Shown here in pieces: positions 1-12,645 of a stretch of 64,000 bases of DNA. Each line of letters starts with the position of its first letter. The first letter of the stretch is position 1. The DNA is from Cladosporium halotolerans. Its lineage: Eukaryota. The notes beneath the pieces are model-generated. The model saw only the letters and a list, made by a program, of their open reading frames with translations, was not told the origin of the DNA and made no database searches. The translations under genes were made by a program, and so were the position numbers. The stretch is from contig NW_027191453.1 in assembly GCF_011745625.1 (NCBI RefSeq), positions 744,001-808,000 on the forward strand, in the 5' to 3' direction.

Positions 1-1364
1 CCATCAAAGACAACTCAGCATCGATGTGGCATCTGGTCGGCATTGCGGCTCGCATCTGCTTGGAACTAGGCCTGCATAGGGAATCTGCCTATCCAATATT
101 ACACTCTCACGACCTCGACCAATCGCAGCTCGCACGCTATCAGCAGCAGGAGACTGCCAGGAGATGTTTCTGGTGTGTCATTGCAATGGACCGTGTGACC
201 AGCAACATACTAGGTCGTCCACTAGCTGTGCGAGATGAGGATGTAGATGCCGTGCTTCCGTCAGACGACAGCGAATCCACCATAGCGTACTCTTCTGCTC
301 TCACGCCATCGAGAGTACCAAGAATCTCGGTTTTCAGAAGTATCATTGAATACCGACTGCTATGTGGCAATATCCTCACGATCTTGCATAGGCGGCGCGC
401 ACCATCAATGACTGCCACCGAAGCCGTCAAGATCCGAGAGGATCTAGCGCAAAGCTTGGAAGAATGGCGTTGTAAGGTAGAACATCTTCACCTGCCTGAT
501 GAGGCGACTACCAACACCCATGAACAATCATGCTTCCTATCGCCAGTCTGGTTCAATGTTCTGTACGCAAACGCGAAGCTGAGTATATGGAGGCCGTGCC
601 CACTCTTAGCCGATATCAGCCATGACCAAGTGTCGCTACAGAACATCTACAACTCCTCGATACAAGCCATCACTGCTTACTCTGCCCTCCACAAATCCAG
701 AAAGATAAATTACAGCTGGATCGCGCTGCAGTCCATCTTCATAGCCGGCCTGTCTTTCATCTACAGCGTCAGCCGACATTTCAGAGAGCGAAGCAATTAC
801 CCCTCGAGTTCAGACTGCTGTCTGTTGGAGAAAGGTCCCGAAGCTGTCGAAATCTCGCAAATTTCAAGGGCTTGTTCGAACGTCATGGTCGCGGTCGCGG
901 AAAGATGGAGCGCTCTTCGACACTGTCATGAAGTCTTTGATCGGCTGAGTGACGCTGTCCTTGCCGATGCGTTGAAAATGCAGACTCAGCCACCTGCTAC
1001 AGGATATCGGCCATCGTCTAGCTCGGCAAGCTCAAATAGAATACCGGAGGACTCCAGGGCGGCTGGTGACATCGTTCTCACTAACATAGGAACTAGCGCA
1101 GTTCCAAAAAATACGGAGACAACCTCAGGATACTGGACTGGGCAGCAAGGAAAGCCTCCTTTTGACACATCCAGTATGCAAAACTCCCTCGCTGTCGATA
1201 CGGAATTCCTGCACTGCTACGATGACTTGCAAAGCATGTACTTGCACCAAATTGAGGATCCTGTCATGCACCTGTCACAGGACTGGTTAGGATATCTGGG
1301 TGGTGTAGACGGCGTCTCTGACCAGAGCGCGGAGTGTCATGGGCACCTGGGCGTGTTTGAGTAG
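1..1364 (+). CDS. Fungal-specific transcription factor (Fungal_trans/middle homology region), 5'-truncated by window edge
   Basis: Frame is open from the window start. Motifs 'GIAARICLELGLHRE' and 'RRCFWCVIAMDR...ILGRPLAV' are typical of Zn2Cys6-type TF middle regions. No zinc cluster inside the window. Confidence 0.85.
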   Translation, partial: IKDNSASMWHLVGIAARICLELGLHRESAYPILHSHDLDQSQLARYQQQETARRCFWCVIAMDRVTSNILGRPLAVRDEDVDAVLPSDDSESTIAYSSALTPSRVPRISVFRSIIEYRLLCGNILTILHRRRAPSMTATEAVKIREDLAQSLEEWRCKVEHLHLPDEATTNTHEQSCFLSPVWFNVLYANAKLSIWRPCPLLADISHDQVSLQNIYNSSIQAITAYSALHKSRKINYSWIALQSIFIAGLSFIYSVSRHFRERSNYPSSSDCCLLEKGPEAVEISQISRACSNVMVAVAERWSALRHCHEVFDRLSDAVLADALKMQTQPPATGYRPSSSSASSNRIPEDSRAAGDIVLTNIGTSAVPKNTETTSGYWTGQQGKPPFDTSSMQNSLAVDTEFLHCYDDLQSMYLHQIEDPVMHLSQDWLGYLGGVDGVSDQSAECHGHLGVFE

Positions 1365-1974
1365 TAGTTAGGAGGTAATTTCCAAGCTCATTGGTCACAG
1401 AGATGATCTCTATCCACGCCAGATGTTTTTGCAAGCGTCCAATCATTCAAAGGAGCTGTATGCTCGGTGAGGGAACAGAATCGAGAAGCTGAAAAGACGT
1501 GACCTCTCCCTTGGTGAATGCAATTTCTGTATTGTAGCAGATCGGCTTGTTTGCCAATGAGGTTATCGTCAAGTCTATCCGGGACTCGGGAAAGTGGTTC
1601 TTCGCATTTTTCGGCCCTCGGCGCCGATGCCAGATGAAGATGTGGAGGTGCTGGAGAAGTGGGACGTCAGTGTGGAGGGTTCCGCATCGAGTCCACGCGA
1701 CATCTATGTCCAGGTGGCAGCCCGAATTTTACACGGCCCTACGTGACATACATGCACGTGGGCCGTCGAGCCAGTCTAAGGCTCATTGTGGCATGGCCTT
1801 CTGCGCTAGGGAATATTAGAAAGAGACATCATCCGGACCATGCCATGGGGAACCCCGGGAACCCGACTCGTGCGGAAAGATCATCATTGCAGATGCCGAT
1901 CGGTACATGAAAGAAGGTATATGTCGCAGTCCATCGCCGCCCAAGAAGTGTAGGCAACCTTGCACCCGCCCATT

Positions 1975-3574
1975 ATGCATTACCCCGTGTCGTTGATGGC
2001 CATTGTGCCAATGGCAATTGGTTTGAGCTTACCAAAGCAGAAACCAGATTGTTCCACATTTGCCCGATCTTTACCTCTAAGCGATTACAATGCGACGATT
2101 CTGAATTCTACCTACTACCCATCGGGGTCTCTGAACAACTCCAACACCTTCAACAGAGTTCCGTTCTGCGAAGTTTATACCTCAATCTCGTACGGGAGCA
2201 AGAATAACACTTTGATTTCCGCAACCTGGCTACCAGATCGCCTGCAATATAATGACCGCTTCATGGCCGTGGGCGGCGGCGGTATGGCGGGAGTGATCGA
2301 TTACGCGAACATGATGACCCAGCTGAATTCTGGAATGGGATTTGCCGTAGCAGGCGGTGACTCTGGGCATCGAGCACAGGACAACAACGGCGGTGGCGGC
2401 GAACCTGGCGTATACCTGCCATACCTTCATGACAGCGAGCAAGTCACAGCTTGGATCCACGATGCCATCAGTCTATTTACCCCAGCAGCCAAAGCGCTGA
2501 CGGCTGCCTATTATGGTCAAGATGTGAGCTATTCTTTCTACGACGGATGCTCCACTGGTGGCGCACAAGGAGTGGCACTCGCTCAGTACCACCCTGGTCT
2601 GTTTGACGGCATTGTTGCCGGGTGTCCCGGCAATTGGTACTCACATCTTGCCTTGAGCTTCCTTTGGAACGCTCAACAGACAGCCGTATGTTTGTGATGT
2701 TCCATTCTTCCACCGAACACCACTGATACCTTTGCAGAGCAATGCAAGCAAGCTATCTCAGGCCAAATTAAACCTCACTACTAACGCCGTCCTTGACGCC
2801 TGCGATCTAAACGACGGCGTTGAGGACCGCCTTCTCGAGAACCCCCTCAACTGCACTTTCGAAGTCGCCACTTTAGCCTGCAACGCCTCTACCACCAATT
2901 CGTCGACATGCCTCAGTCCGCCCGAGTTCCTTGCGGCAAAGTCAATCTACTCCGGGCCACAAAACGCCGCAACTCAACAGCCTCTCTACCCAGGCTTCAC
3001 CCTCGGCTCCGAGATCGAATGGGCAGTGCAACAAGGCGAGCTCTCCTCGGCCTTCAGCGTCCCCATCCTGCAAAACCTCGTCTACGACGACCTCACCTAT
3101 AACGCTTCGACTTTCAACTGGGCTTCCGACGTCGCCGACCTCGACGTGCGCGCCGGCGCCTTCATCGACGCCATCGACCCCGATCTCAGCGCATTCAAAG
3201 ATGCCGGCGGCAAGCTGCTTGTCTACCAGGGTTGGGCGGACCCGTTCAACGCCGCGACGTGGCCGATCGAGCACTTGGAGCACATCCGTCAGGTTACTGG
3301 GGGAGGAAAGGACGTGAGCGATTGGCTGAATTTGTTCATGGTACCTGGCGGCGGACACTGTGGAGCTGCGGCGCACTATCCGCAAGTGCCTGCGAAGTAT
3401 CACAGTGTTGCGAAGATGGTTAAGTGGGTTGAAAGGGGAGAGAAGCCGGGCGAGGTCCTGAGTACTGATGCGCCAGATGGTAGCGGGAGGACACGGAAGC
3501 TTTGCGCGTGGCCGTCAACGGCGAGGTTGGTTGGACAGGATGAGGATGATTGGGGAAGCTATGTTTGCGAGTAG
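1975..3574 (+). CDS. Secreted tannase/feruloyl esterase family protein; intron 2686-2737
   Basis: Signal peptide; GCSTGG nucleophile motif; 'GWADP' Asp and 'GGGHC' His-Cys motifs. GTATGT...TTGCAG intron joins the two ORFs in frame. Confidence 0.92.
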
Positions 3575-3802
3575 GGAGCGCTGAAGACAAGGAGAACGGG
3601 AACACGGTTTGACTCAGAGTAACTTGGTGAATAGTGGAAGTGGGATATGCGTGACTACGAAGAAAAACAAGAAGAATGCCCGAAACAAAATCCAAAGCGT
3701 CAAGCGACCATCATGCAGCGAGCGTCCAAATCGCGACCAGAATCACCAAGAACTCCCACCGCATGAAAAACAAAAAGTATTGGGGAGAGCAATGCCGTCG
3801 TC

Positions 3803-6454
3803 TCAACCAATGACCGTTCGCAAACTCAATGCCTCCAGGAAACCTGCGAGATCCTCCTTCTTCACCTCGACGACGCTGTGCTCAAAGCTGTCGATCCTGA
3901 CCCTCGCACCAGTCTCTTCAACGACCTCTTGGAAAGCCTGCCCGAAGCGATTCAAGCCGTGACCTCTCTTCTTCCTCGCCTGCGCTGACTCGTCATCCGA
4001 ATCAGCGTCCGACTCCGAATCCGAAGACTCGGAAGCCTCGGACTCTGTGGCGTCGCTTTCGTCCTCGTCTTCGTCGTCTGAGTTGAGAAGACCGTTCGCC
4101 TCATCTCGTTCCCTCTGCAGCTCTTTCCTCTCCTGCCGTTTTCTCGCGCGCTCGGCCTTCTTCGCGGCTTTGTCGGCTGCTTTGCGTTTCTTCTTGTTCT
4201 CCCTTTCCCTGATCTCCGCTTTACTTCGAATCTTCTTGCCTGCGCCGCCACTTCCGAGTCCGACGACAACGTACACGCCTCGGGCCTCGTCCAAACATCC
4301 CAGCACAAGCGCCTCGTTGAGGTCTCGCCGACGTCCTTTCTCACTCTCTAGCACTGCAACGGCTTCCCCGACCCACGCAGCTAATTTGACCAGTGCTCCA
4401 GGATGCGAGAACAGAGCGACGTCGGGGCCCTCCTTTACAACGCCCATGCGGAAAGAGCGAAGATGGCGAATTTGCCTTTTGGAGATGAGTGCAGAGCCTG
4501 TGCGTAGGATAGCTCTGGCCAGGTGCTGGGCGGTGCCGATGTGACTGAGCAGCAGACTTAGACCAGCGGTATTGGATGAGGATACGGGATCGAGGGCATC
4601 GTAAGCGGCGAAGAAACGATGAGTAGTCCAATCTGGGTCGGCGGCGGCTGAGAGGTCTGAGTCGTCTTCTGAATGAGGTGGCGTTGGGAGGGCCCGTATG
4701 CGAGAGTTGTATGTCTTGGCGGGCTGATAGTTGCTGGGGTTATGTGGTGAAGTCGTCTCTGGAAGATGAGGGTCGGCGCCGACTTCTAGAATGGCGCTCA
4801 CCACGCTTGCGACGTCGACGGCCGAAAGCGTGGACTTCCAGCCCCAACTGCGGACGAAGCCCCAGCCCTCAAGACCTCTACGCCCATCCTCGCCGGGAAC
4901 GAGCCCGTCAAGGTTGTACTGTGGAGCGAACTTGAGGATGCGTTTCCGCAGAGATTGCTTGAGCTCCATGTCCATGTGCATGTAGCCCTTACCCGCCTCT
5001 TGCAGGCTTATGCCCATCTTCGCAAGCAGTTTGGCGAGACGCTTGTGGCCGATATCTGACCACATGTGCAATCGCGTGCTGAGAAAGGGAGAGTGAAGCA
5101 TACTATCGTAAAGACTCCAGTGCCGAATGAGGAGAAAGCGAGGTTCTGGTGAGAGCCGGATCGAGCAGTCTGTTGGGCTTCTCGCCTTCATAGGAATGAC
5201 ATCGCCGTTCTGACTTCTCCTGAGTTCATCTTCAGGCACCGGGTTGAGTCGCCGGACTTCATCTCGCAAGACTTCTCTCATCGTCTCTGACTTGTCCAGG
5301 ACTCGACGACCTGTTTCGTTCCGGCCTGATTTCGATCTTGAGAATGGAGACAGCTCGACTGAAGAGATTCCCACGATCGCCAGCCAGAGCAGATCATTGT
5401 CTTCGCGACCGAGCTCCGAAGCAAGCCCATAGAGCATGCCAGACACAGGCTCCGAGGTTGACGTTCCCAATGTATAGTAAGATTGCAGCGTTGTTTCGTG
5501 TTTTCTCCGCATCTTCAGTAACTTTCGCCGAAGTTGCCTCGCCGAAGGTGCTTTTGGTGGTGACGATGGAATAACCGCTCCTGGAGACTGAGCTTGGGAA
5601 CTTGTAGGTGGGGTCGAGGCTACCGACTGGTTCGAGTATGGGTTTCCACCAGGTGATGATGGGATCGGCATACTCGAATTACTCCGTCGTCTCTGGCGTG
5701 GTCGATCGTAGCCGTCATCCGATTCGCCGCCAGAGTCATGGCTTGAGGCTTTTCGTTTCCGACTTTGGGAGCTGCTGGGCTCATCTTCCTCGGCTTCGTC
5801 TTCTGTGTCCTCCTGCTCAATGTCAAGGTCTTCCTCGGTAATCTCAGGCATGTCTTGCAGCGCCATGTAAGCCTCCCTTTCCGCTTCCATGTCGTCCTGT
5901 ATGTCACCGTCGTCCCAGACAATGATGCCGCCCTTGCCGGGCGCGTAATGTGGTAGAACGCGTCCTCGGTCCACGCCTTGTCTCTTTGAAACGATAGCGC
6001 CTTCCTCGGTCTGCTGCAAAATGGTGCTGGATCCGAAAACATTGTTCAAGTTCCACGGCCGCCTGCCGTCTATGACCCAAACCTCCACTCCGTGGTCCGT
6101 CATATCCTCTGGCTCCACTCCCTCCTCCACGCTTTGTCCGTCGAGTCCGAGAACTTCTTCCAGGTCCACCAATCCCCCAGCACCCAGGCATACCACAACA
6201 CCACCATCTCCGCCCCGCTGTCGCGTCATGGGCAATACGAAGTTTCGTCCTGCATCTTGAAGCTCAGAGTATCCGGCCACAGGCTGAACCTTGTGTTGTA
6301 TGAAGTCGCGTTTCATTAACGACGTAAGGATTCGCGTAGCACATAGCGCGTCGACTCCCAGAGACGTGATAATGAGGACCGGGGGTGATAGCGGATGTTG
6401 ATTGCGTACGAGTTGCTCATAGAGTTGACCTGCTTGATCGCGTGGCAAATACAT
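3803..6454 (-). CDS. CDC45: DNA replication initiation factor Cdc45, intronless
   Basis: MYLPR start, 'VDALCATRIL', 'IDGRRPWNLNNVF', 'FLLIRHWSLYDSM', 'LLAKMGISL', 'NRFGQAFQEV...RIDSFEHSVVEV'. Confidence 0.96.
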   Translation of the reverse strand: MYLPRDQAGQLYEQLVRNQHPLSPPVLIITSLGVDALCATRILTSLMKRDFIQHKVQPVAGYSELQDAGRNFVLPMTRQRGGDGGVVVCLGAGGLVDLEEVLGLDGQSVEEGVEPEDMTDHGVEVWVIDGRRPWNLNNVFGSSTILQQTEEGAIVSKRQGVDRGRVLPHYAPGKGGIIVWDDGDIQDDMEAEREAYMALQDMPEITEEDLDIEQEDTEDEAEEDEPSSSQSRKRKASSHDSGGESDDGYDRPRQRRRSNSSMPIPSSPGGNPYSNQSVASTPPTSSQAQSPGAVIPSSPPKAPSARQLRRKLLKMRRKHETTLQSYYTLGTSTSEPVSGMLYGLASELGREDNDLLWLAIVGISSVELSPFSRSKSGRNETGRRVLDKSETMREVLRDEVRRLNPVPEDELRRSQNGDVIPMKARSPTDCSIRLSPEPRFLLIRHWSLYDSMLHSPFLSTRLHMWSDIGHKRLAKLLAKMGISLQEAGKGYMHMDMELKQSLRKRILKFAPQYNLDGLVPGEDGRRGLEGWGFVRSWGWKSTLSAVDVASVVSAILEVGADPHLPETTSPHNPSNYQPAKTYNSRIRALPTPPHSEDDSDLSAAADPDWTTHRFFAAYDALDPVSSSNTAGLSLLLSHIGTAQHLARAILRTGSALISKRQIRHLRSFRMGVVKEGPDVALFSHPGALVKLAAWVGEAVAVLESEKGRRRDLNEALVLGCLDEARGVYVVVGLGSGGAGKKIRSKAEIRERENKKKRKAADKAAKKAERARKRQERKELQRERDEANGLLNSDDEDEDESDATESEASESSDSESDADSDDESAQARKKRGHGLNRFGQAFQEVVEETGARVRIDSFEHSVVEVKKEDLAGFLEALSLRTVIG

Positions 6455-6737
6455 CGTAGAAGTGGCCGCAGGGTTTCTGTGGTGCGAATTGAGGCGGTGG
6501 CATCAAGAAGTATTCGTCCAATGCGTGTAGATTGGCGCGTGTCGAGATGCGAAAGTCCACGCGAGCTGCCAATTCGTCCGGAGCGATTTACAGCATGATT
6601 TGGTTCCTGATGTACGTGGAAATCGGCAGAATTCGTATGGGCAGGGTTTTCTGTGTAAGTAGTAGCTTTGAAAGGCGTGGAGATATAGTATGGGTGGTGT
6701 CTTCTCGCAGGACAGAAGTTCGAAGCATCACTCCGCA

Positions 6738-6767
6738 ACGCGTGTGGCAGCAGCGCGCTTCACGCGA
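6738..6767. promoter_or_regulatory. MCB-like (MBF) cell-cycle boxes upstream of CDC45
   Basis: ACGCGT at 6738-6743 and ACGCGA at 6762-6767, about 290 nt upstream of the ATG of a G1/S gene. Confidence 0.5.
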
Positions 6768-7382
6768 CTGCGCTTTGGGAGCCGATGAGCACGGACATCA
6801 CCGATCCAAGCGCGCATCGTCCTGACGTTTGATCGTCCAGAACATCTTCGTGGGGCAATATGATTTTGAGCTCTAACCCGTCAAATTGCCATGATGCAAG
6901 AACAGGATCGGTCACACATCACAGACTTCGTTGAATGTCCATCAAGAAAGCGCCTGCCGCCCGCACGAGCCAGTTTTTCAGCAATATATTGTGGACTTCC
7001 TTGCAGTTACTGATCATTCTCTTCTTCGGCGAATCTCAAAAGCTTGTTCTCGAAGTCTGGTAAAGATGTGGCTCATGAATGGCTGTACAATACTTGTCTC
7101 TAGACGAAAGCTACGGCGTGCCAAGATCAAAAGCTCCTCGAAGGAGTCATGGCTGGAGCGACAGCTATGCCAATTCCTTCTTCATTATCATGATTCGTAG
7201 GTGCACCAGATGACCGGGATACAGGTCTCGGCCAACTAGTCTTAGTACCTCGGTGTTACCTGTCACAGATCGCCCCAGGTTCGACGCTTGCGAGACGACC
7301 CATCGGCCTTGGCTTAATTGCAGCCTCAGCAGGCAGCAGAGAAACGTTTCCCACCCCCTTCTCCAGTGACAGCTCAATCCTT

Positions 7383-8090
7383 TCAAGCACCAAGTCTGTT
7401 CTCGAGCTTCGCCCTCTCGCTGTCCCTGAGGGCCTGCATCTCCTCCTTGCTCATATTGTAGGTACCAGCGACCTGGTTGAAAGGGTTGTCTGGATGCTTG
7501 TCGAACTCTTTGCGGATCTGGTCGATCTTTTGCTGCCTTCTCAGGCCCTTCTCATCCTTCATCTCTTCCAGTCTCTTCTCCTCGTATGCGTTGTAGGCAG
7601 CCTTGAAGCGGCGCTCCGGGTGACGGTCGATCTTCTCGTTGTTGGCCTTGGTCAGGCTCAGAGCATCGAGCGCGTCGTCGATACCGGTTGCGTTGAGGGC
7701 GGAGAGTTCCTTTTTGCTGGAGGGTGCGTCGAGGCCGGACAGATCGAGACCACGGGCCTTCTTCACAGGAGCCTTCTTTCCGGGCTTGCTGGGAAGAGAC
7801 GCCTCTTCCTCCTTCATCAAGGCCTCCTTCTCGGCCTTCTTGCGCGCGGCTTCGGCCTGTTTTGCGGCAGCAGCATCGCTGTGAAGCTGTCAGTATTCGC
7901 CGATCACAAGAATGCGAGTCAGTCTTCCATACGCTTTGCTGTTGTCCTTGGAACCCTTCTTCCAGTCTGCCGCCTCAGCTGCGGCCTTCTTCTCGTCTTC
8001 GACAGCCTTCTTCCCTGCGGCGGCTTCCGCCTTCTTCGCGTTGCCTGCCGCCTTCTTGGAGTTCTCGCCCGCTCCCTTCTTTCCCGCCAT
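7383..8090 (-). CDS. CCDC124/Oxs1/Lso2 family protein; intron 7879-7932
   Basis: 'GENSKKAAGNAKKA' N-terminus, 'GIDDALDAL', 'DRHPERRFKAAY', 'FDKHPDNPFNQ'. GTATGG...CACAG intron restores the frame. Confidence 0.9.
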
Positions 8091-8791
8091 ATTTACGACG
8101 ACTCAGGTAGGTTTGGGTACTGATTCGAGGGGATAATAAGGGCAACAGGGCGTGGTGTTTTAGGTGAGAGTGTGTTGCTCAAGTTTTGGCGGGCACAGCA
8201 AGCAGTCACACCCCGCGGCTTCAAGAAAGTGGGATGTTTCGCGCCACAGCGAGCGCAGCGCTGACGCCACAGCGATTTGGGAAGCCACCACCAGTTGATG
8301 GATCGCAGCGAGACACGACGACCTCACCTGATACAACGCATTAAACAAGCGAGATTGAACTTTGACCAGGCTGTATATTGTTCATCTGATCTCATAGTCA
8401 AACAGAAATAAGTACAAAAGCAGGATTGCCGACCGCAACAACCAATATCGCGCTATTTCTCGTCGCTAATCGCGCAATATTGCGGCTCCACACTCAAAGC
8501 ACAAGAAGCCGAGTAACCGGCCGCCCGCTGAGGCCCTTTCACCGCCGCGCCGCGTGTTGACGAGATAGGCAAATCATCTGGCGAAATAATGCCTATCTTA
8601 CTTGCCCGAAGGATTGGTACGCGCTCGTAGGTATCTTTCCTCACCAAGGCGTAAGTAGCTTTGCAAATCCCTGACGAGCAATGCGCACTAACCGCAGGGA
8701 TCTGATTTGCGGTGCTGCTGTTCACTCCATCTCCTCATTCCTAAACTTTCCGTACCTTTTCCTTCTACACCTCCTCTGAAGTTGCGAGGCC

Positions 8792-10617
8792 ATGGCTGTT
8801 GAGGGCTCGCCAAAGCCGCCGGCTTTGGCTTCCTGTCAAACAGAGGCGCAGGAATCTACTCCGCTTCTGCAAAATAAGAAGAGCGACTCTCCCAGGCGAT
8901 GGCCCAAGTCTGTTGTTTATCGTGTCTTGCTGACAGCCTTCCTTGTGTCGCTTTCTTTCGGAGTAACCCAGGTACCGTAAGTACAGGCAATATCTGGACA
9001 TCGTCCACTATTGTCCGCCCCGCGTCCGCTAACACCGCATAGCCTGATCTACGTCTTCGGCCTTATGACCTGTGATGATTACTACTTAAGTCACCCTGAA
9101 CCGGCCACTGGCGATCCTAGATGCCAGAAACATGACATTGAGGCGGCCACTGCAAGATCTGTCGCTCTGCTCGGCGCCTCCACGACTTTGTTCGGCGTTC
9201 TCAACCTTTTCTTCACAGGATGGACTATCAAGGTCCTTGGAATCAAGCGGGCACTCATGATCACCATCTTTTGGCCTGCTCTTCGTCTTGTGGTGCAGAA
9301 CATCGGCGTCCAAACCGGCTATGGCCTCGGAATCATTATCATCCAATGTTCGCAGGTGATCACGGTCCTCGGAGGGCCTGCAGGATATTTACTCGCATGC
9401 AACTCTTTCGCCGCTGAAGTAGTGGAACCATCTGAGCGGACAGCCACATTGGGCAGGCTAACGGGTTGCTCCTTATTCGGTACCTCTGCTGGTTTTCTCC
9501 TGGGTGGTCTTCTCAGTGACAAATTCGGCATCATCGCTCCATTTCGGGTCGCAGTCATCTTGTTTCTTTGCTCCACAATCTACGCCGCCATCTTCCTCCC
9601 TCATGTGCCGCTCAACAAAGAAACGGAGGCTAAGGCCTCAGCATCTTTGAAGACCTTCTTCGATCCTTTGAAGATTTTCGTACCGCAAAAGTGGCGTCTC
9701 CCAGACGGCAGAGTTCAGCGCGAATACGGTACTCTGCTTGTCGGAGTCGGTGTCTTCCTCGGAGTTTTCGCAACTGGATACATCCCTGTATTATTGCAAA
9801 TGTACGCGACAGATGCATTCGGCTTCACGCCCAATGAGAACGGATGGCTGATATCTGCAAACTGCCTTGTTCGTGGCTTGTTTCTCACTTTGGCTTGTCC
9901 AGTCATCATCACCCGCGGGCGCAAGTGGCTTGACAAGCGTTCGAAAGCGAAGGCATCTGCATCTCACAGTCAGCAAAAATGTATTGACTACCTGCCTTCG
10001 ACTCCCGCACAGCTCGCTTCGGTCCCAGGGGGCGACAACGATGAAACAGAGCCTATAGACCCGCCTCAACGCTCCGATGAAACGGAGTCCTACGCCTTTG
10101 ATCTCTTCTACATCAAATTCTCTCTCATCGCCGACGGTATCCTGACAGCAGGAGCCACGTTCACAAACCAAGGGTGGCAGATATACGTTGTGGCTGTCGT
10201 CATTCCGCTGGCTGCGGGCTCTGGGAGCGCTGCCAAAGGCACGATTCTACAGATGTGTGAGCCTGAACAGCGAGCGGATGCGCTTGGAGCGATTAGTTTG
10301 GTGGAAATGATGGCGCGATTGAGCACGAGTGAGTCACGAGCCTTAACTCTCCGAGGCCTGTATTGCTGACCACAGACAGCTGGCTTGTTTGGGTTGATCT
10401 TCTCTGCTTTCGCCGCGATTGGGAAGCCACATTTCACGTTCGCAATCAATGGCGTAAGTCTTCATACCTTCTTGGACTATTGGAAATCCCTTGCTTACGA
10501 TTGCTACAGGCTGCTGCTATCGTTGCGTTCATCGCAGTCTTGTTTGCCCGCTTTCCGCCCGAAGGCGCGGTCAGATACACGGGTGAATCAGATGGAGGAG
10601 ATGATGTCGCGAGCTAG
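8792..10617 (+). CDS. MFS transporter (tetracycline-efflux-like), multi-exon
   Basis: Many TM segments, 'AEVVEPSERTATLGRL'. Introns begin at about 8977 (GTAAGT), 10329 (GTGAGT) and 10454 (GTAAGT). Confidence 0.85.
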
Positions 10618-11203
10618 TCGAGATGGATCATTGGTCAGCCGGTCGATCGTCTCTTCTGACTAAAGCTGGTGGAAAGGCTATCCTAAGGAGGTCGTCTTTT
10701 TCGACAACACTGGAAGGGCACAGCCAACTTTCAAGAATCTCATGAATTGTCTCTAGCACTCTGAGGTAACATCAATACCGGCCGCATTCATTCCAAGGCG
10801 CACCTCCCGCTGAGAATGGCACCTTTCACAAAACTGTCGCAGCCTCGGCCAAGGACTCCGACAAACCTTTTCAAAGCAGCTGCAGCACACGACAATGTGC
10901 ACATGCGCCGCATGCCCAACTTTCGATGCTGTACCACTTCACTCGGCTTCCGGCGCGTGCTCGTTGTCTCATTCGTCACACTAACTTCATAACATCATCA
11001 CATGTGAAGCGAAACTTTCCAGACAAAGCGACCGCGCAAGGGATGATCCAGTCGACTTGGACACCTATGCATTTTGCAATCACACGGTTATGGCCTTCTT
11101 CGTGCCGAAAATCGAGCAAATAAAGTCATATTAGCAAGCACTGATTTTCTCGTACCATAATTCTCGTCCACAATTCCCGCTTCAACTGTTAGAGACGCCC
11201 AAA

Positions 11204-12253
11204 ATGCCCACTTCTATGATCATCCTCGGCTTCGCCATCTTAGCAACAACTTTCGCCTTACCACAGCATGAAGTTACTGCCACGTCTTCGACTACTTGTC
11301 AGGTAAGCTCTAGTCAGCCTGTAACAAAGCTAGAAGGGAGCAGAGTCACTGACGAGCTTCAGAACCCTATGTCCACACGGACGTCTATTGTCGACGAAAC
11401 CTCGTAAGTGCTATGCAAAGAATCTTATCCTTCATTTGCGACTGACTGACGATGTCTCTCAATTAGCACTTGTGTGCTAACGACAACCATCACTACGGGG
11501 ACTGCCAGCGCCCTCGTGTCGCCAACAACCGTTGTCGTGACAGTGACAGAGTGCTTCCCACCCTGATACCACCCAACGATCATCCACTGACCATGCTTCA
11601 GATCCGCATCCACCCTCAGCTGTCCCATCGGTGTCTCGAAGCGAAGCCCTGTCAACGCCGACGACTCACAGGCCAACAACCCAAACCCCATCCTCCCACC
11701 ACCGGACAACCACCTCCTCGCCGCCCACCGCCTAGCCGACGCAACCCCCAACCCACTCCCTTACTGCACCAACACCTCTCTCCAACCTATAACAACAACC
11801 CTCCTCTCACCCCGCACAACAACCGTCCACACCACCCTTACCCACTTCATCGCCCCCTCCCCGCAAACCCCAACCCTAACCCAAACAACCACCCTTCTCC
11901 CCTCCCCCACCTCCTTCTGCCCCACCATCTCCGCCACCGACACCCAAACGAACTACACCTCCCTCTACACCCGCTACTACGCCGGCTGCGGCCGCACGCT
12001 CTCCTACGCCAACCCAGGCAACACCAACCCGCCCGTCCCGCTCTTCCTATCGGGAGAGACGGCGTGCGAAGCGGCGCAGCAGTGCGCGGACGAAGCGAGG
12101 AACACGGGCGCCGGGTACTTGAGTTTCGATTTGCACTGGCGGGCGGGCAGCGGGTGGGAGTGCACGATGTTTTTCGGGAGGAATGCCAGGGCGGAGTTCT
12201 GGGATGTGGTGGAGGAGGGGGTCGGGGAGGGGTATGGGTATTCGGTTGAATGA
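11204..12253 (+). CDS. Secreted Thr/Pro-rich protein with a C-terminal Cys-containing domain; introns 11303-11362, 11404-11466, 11551-11601
   Basis: Signal peptide MPTSMIILGFAILATTFA. The spliced frame, absent from the ORF track, runs to 'CEAAQQCADEARNTGAGYLSFDLHWRAGSGWECTMFFG...YGYSVE*'. Confidence 0.7.
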
Positions 12254-12539
12254 GAGGAAGGGGTTGTTTGGGGTAGTTTGGGTGTGTGTGGTGGGTAGTG
12301 GTAGGTTTGTCGGATCATGCTTTTTTAGATCTTTCTTTTCAATGCAATAAGATCGTAATTGGTCTGATCAGGAGGTTGCCGAAACAAAAATCTCATGACT
12401 TTCACTCACACGTCGAGCTACCTGGAACCGTACACCGCCCACTCTTTAGTCCCATTCTCCCGCATGGAACTATAAATACAGACTCTTGCCCAACCTCCCC
12501 TCCTGATTGTCCGACCTCCAAACCAAAAACAAAAACATA

Positions 12540-12645
12540 TTCCGACGCGGGGAATTGAACCCCGGCCTTGTCGGCACTGATCTTCTCAGTTCTTGACGAA
12601 CCGAAGATTGAGAGCGACAAATCCTAGCCACTAGACCACATCGGA
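12540..12645 (-). tRNA. tRNA-Glu(CTC) with 34-nt intron (12575-12608)
   Basis: Minus strand reads TCCGATGTGGTCTAGTGGCTAGGAT, anticodon arm TGTCG-CT-CTC-A-[intron]-C-CGACA, T arm GGTTCAATTCC, acceptor end GCGTCGGA, then T5 Pol III terminator runs. Confidence 0.96.

Noticed and set aside
11470..12249. 259-aa His/Pro-rich ORF
   Set aside because: Wrong frame of the secreted-protein gene; an artefact of C-rich skew.
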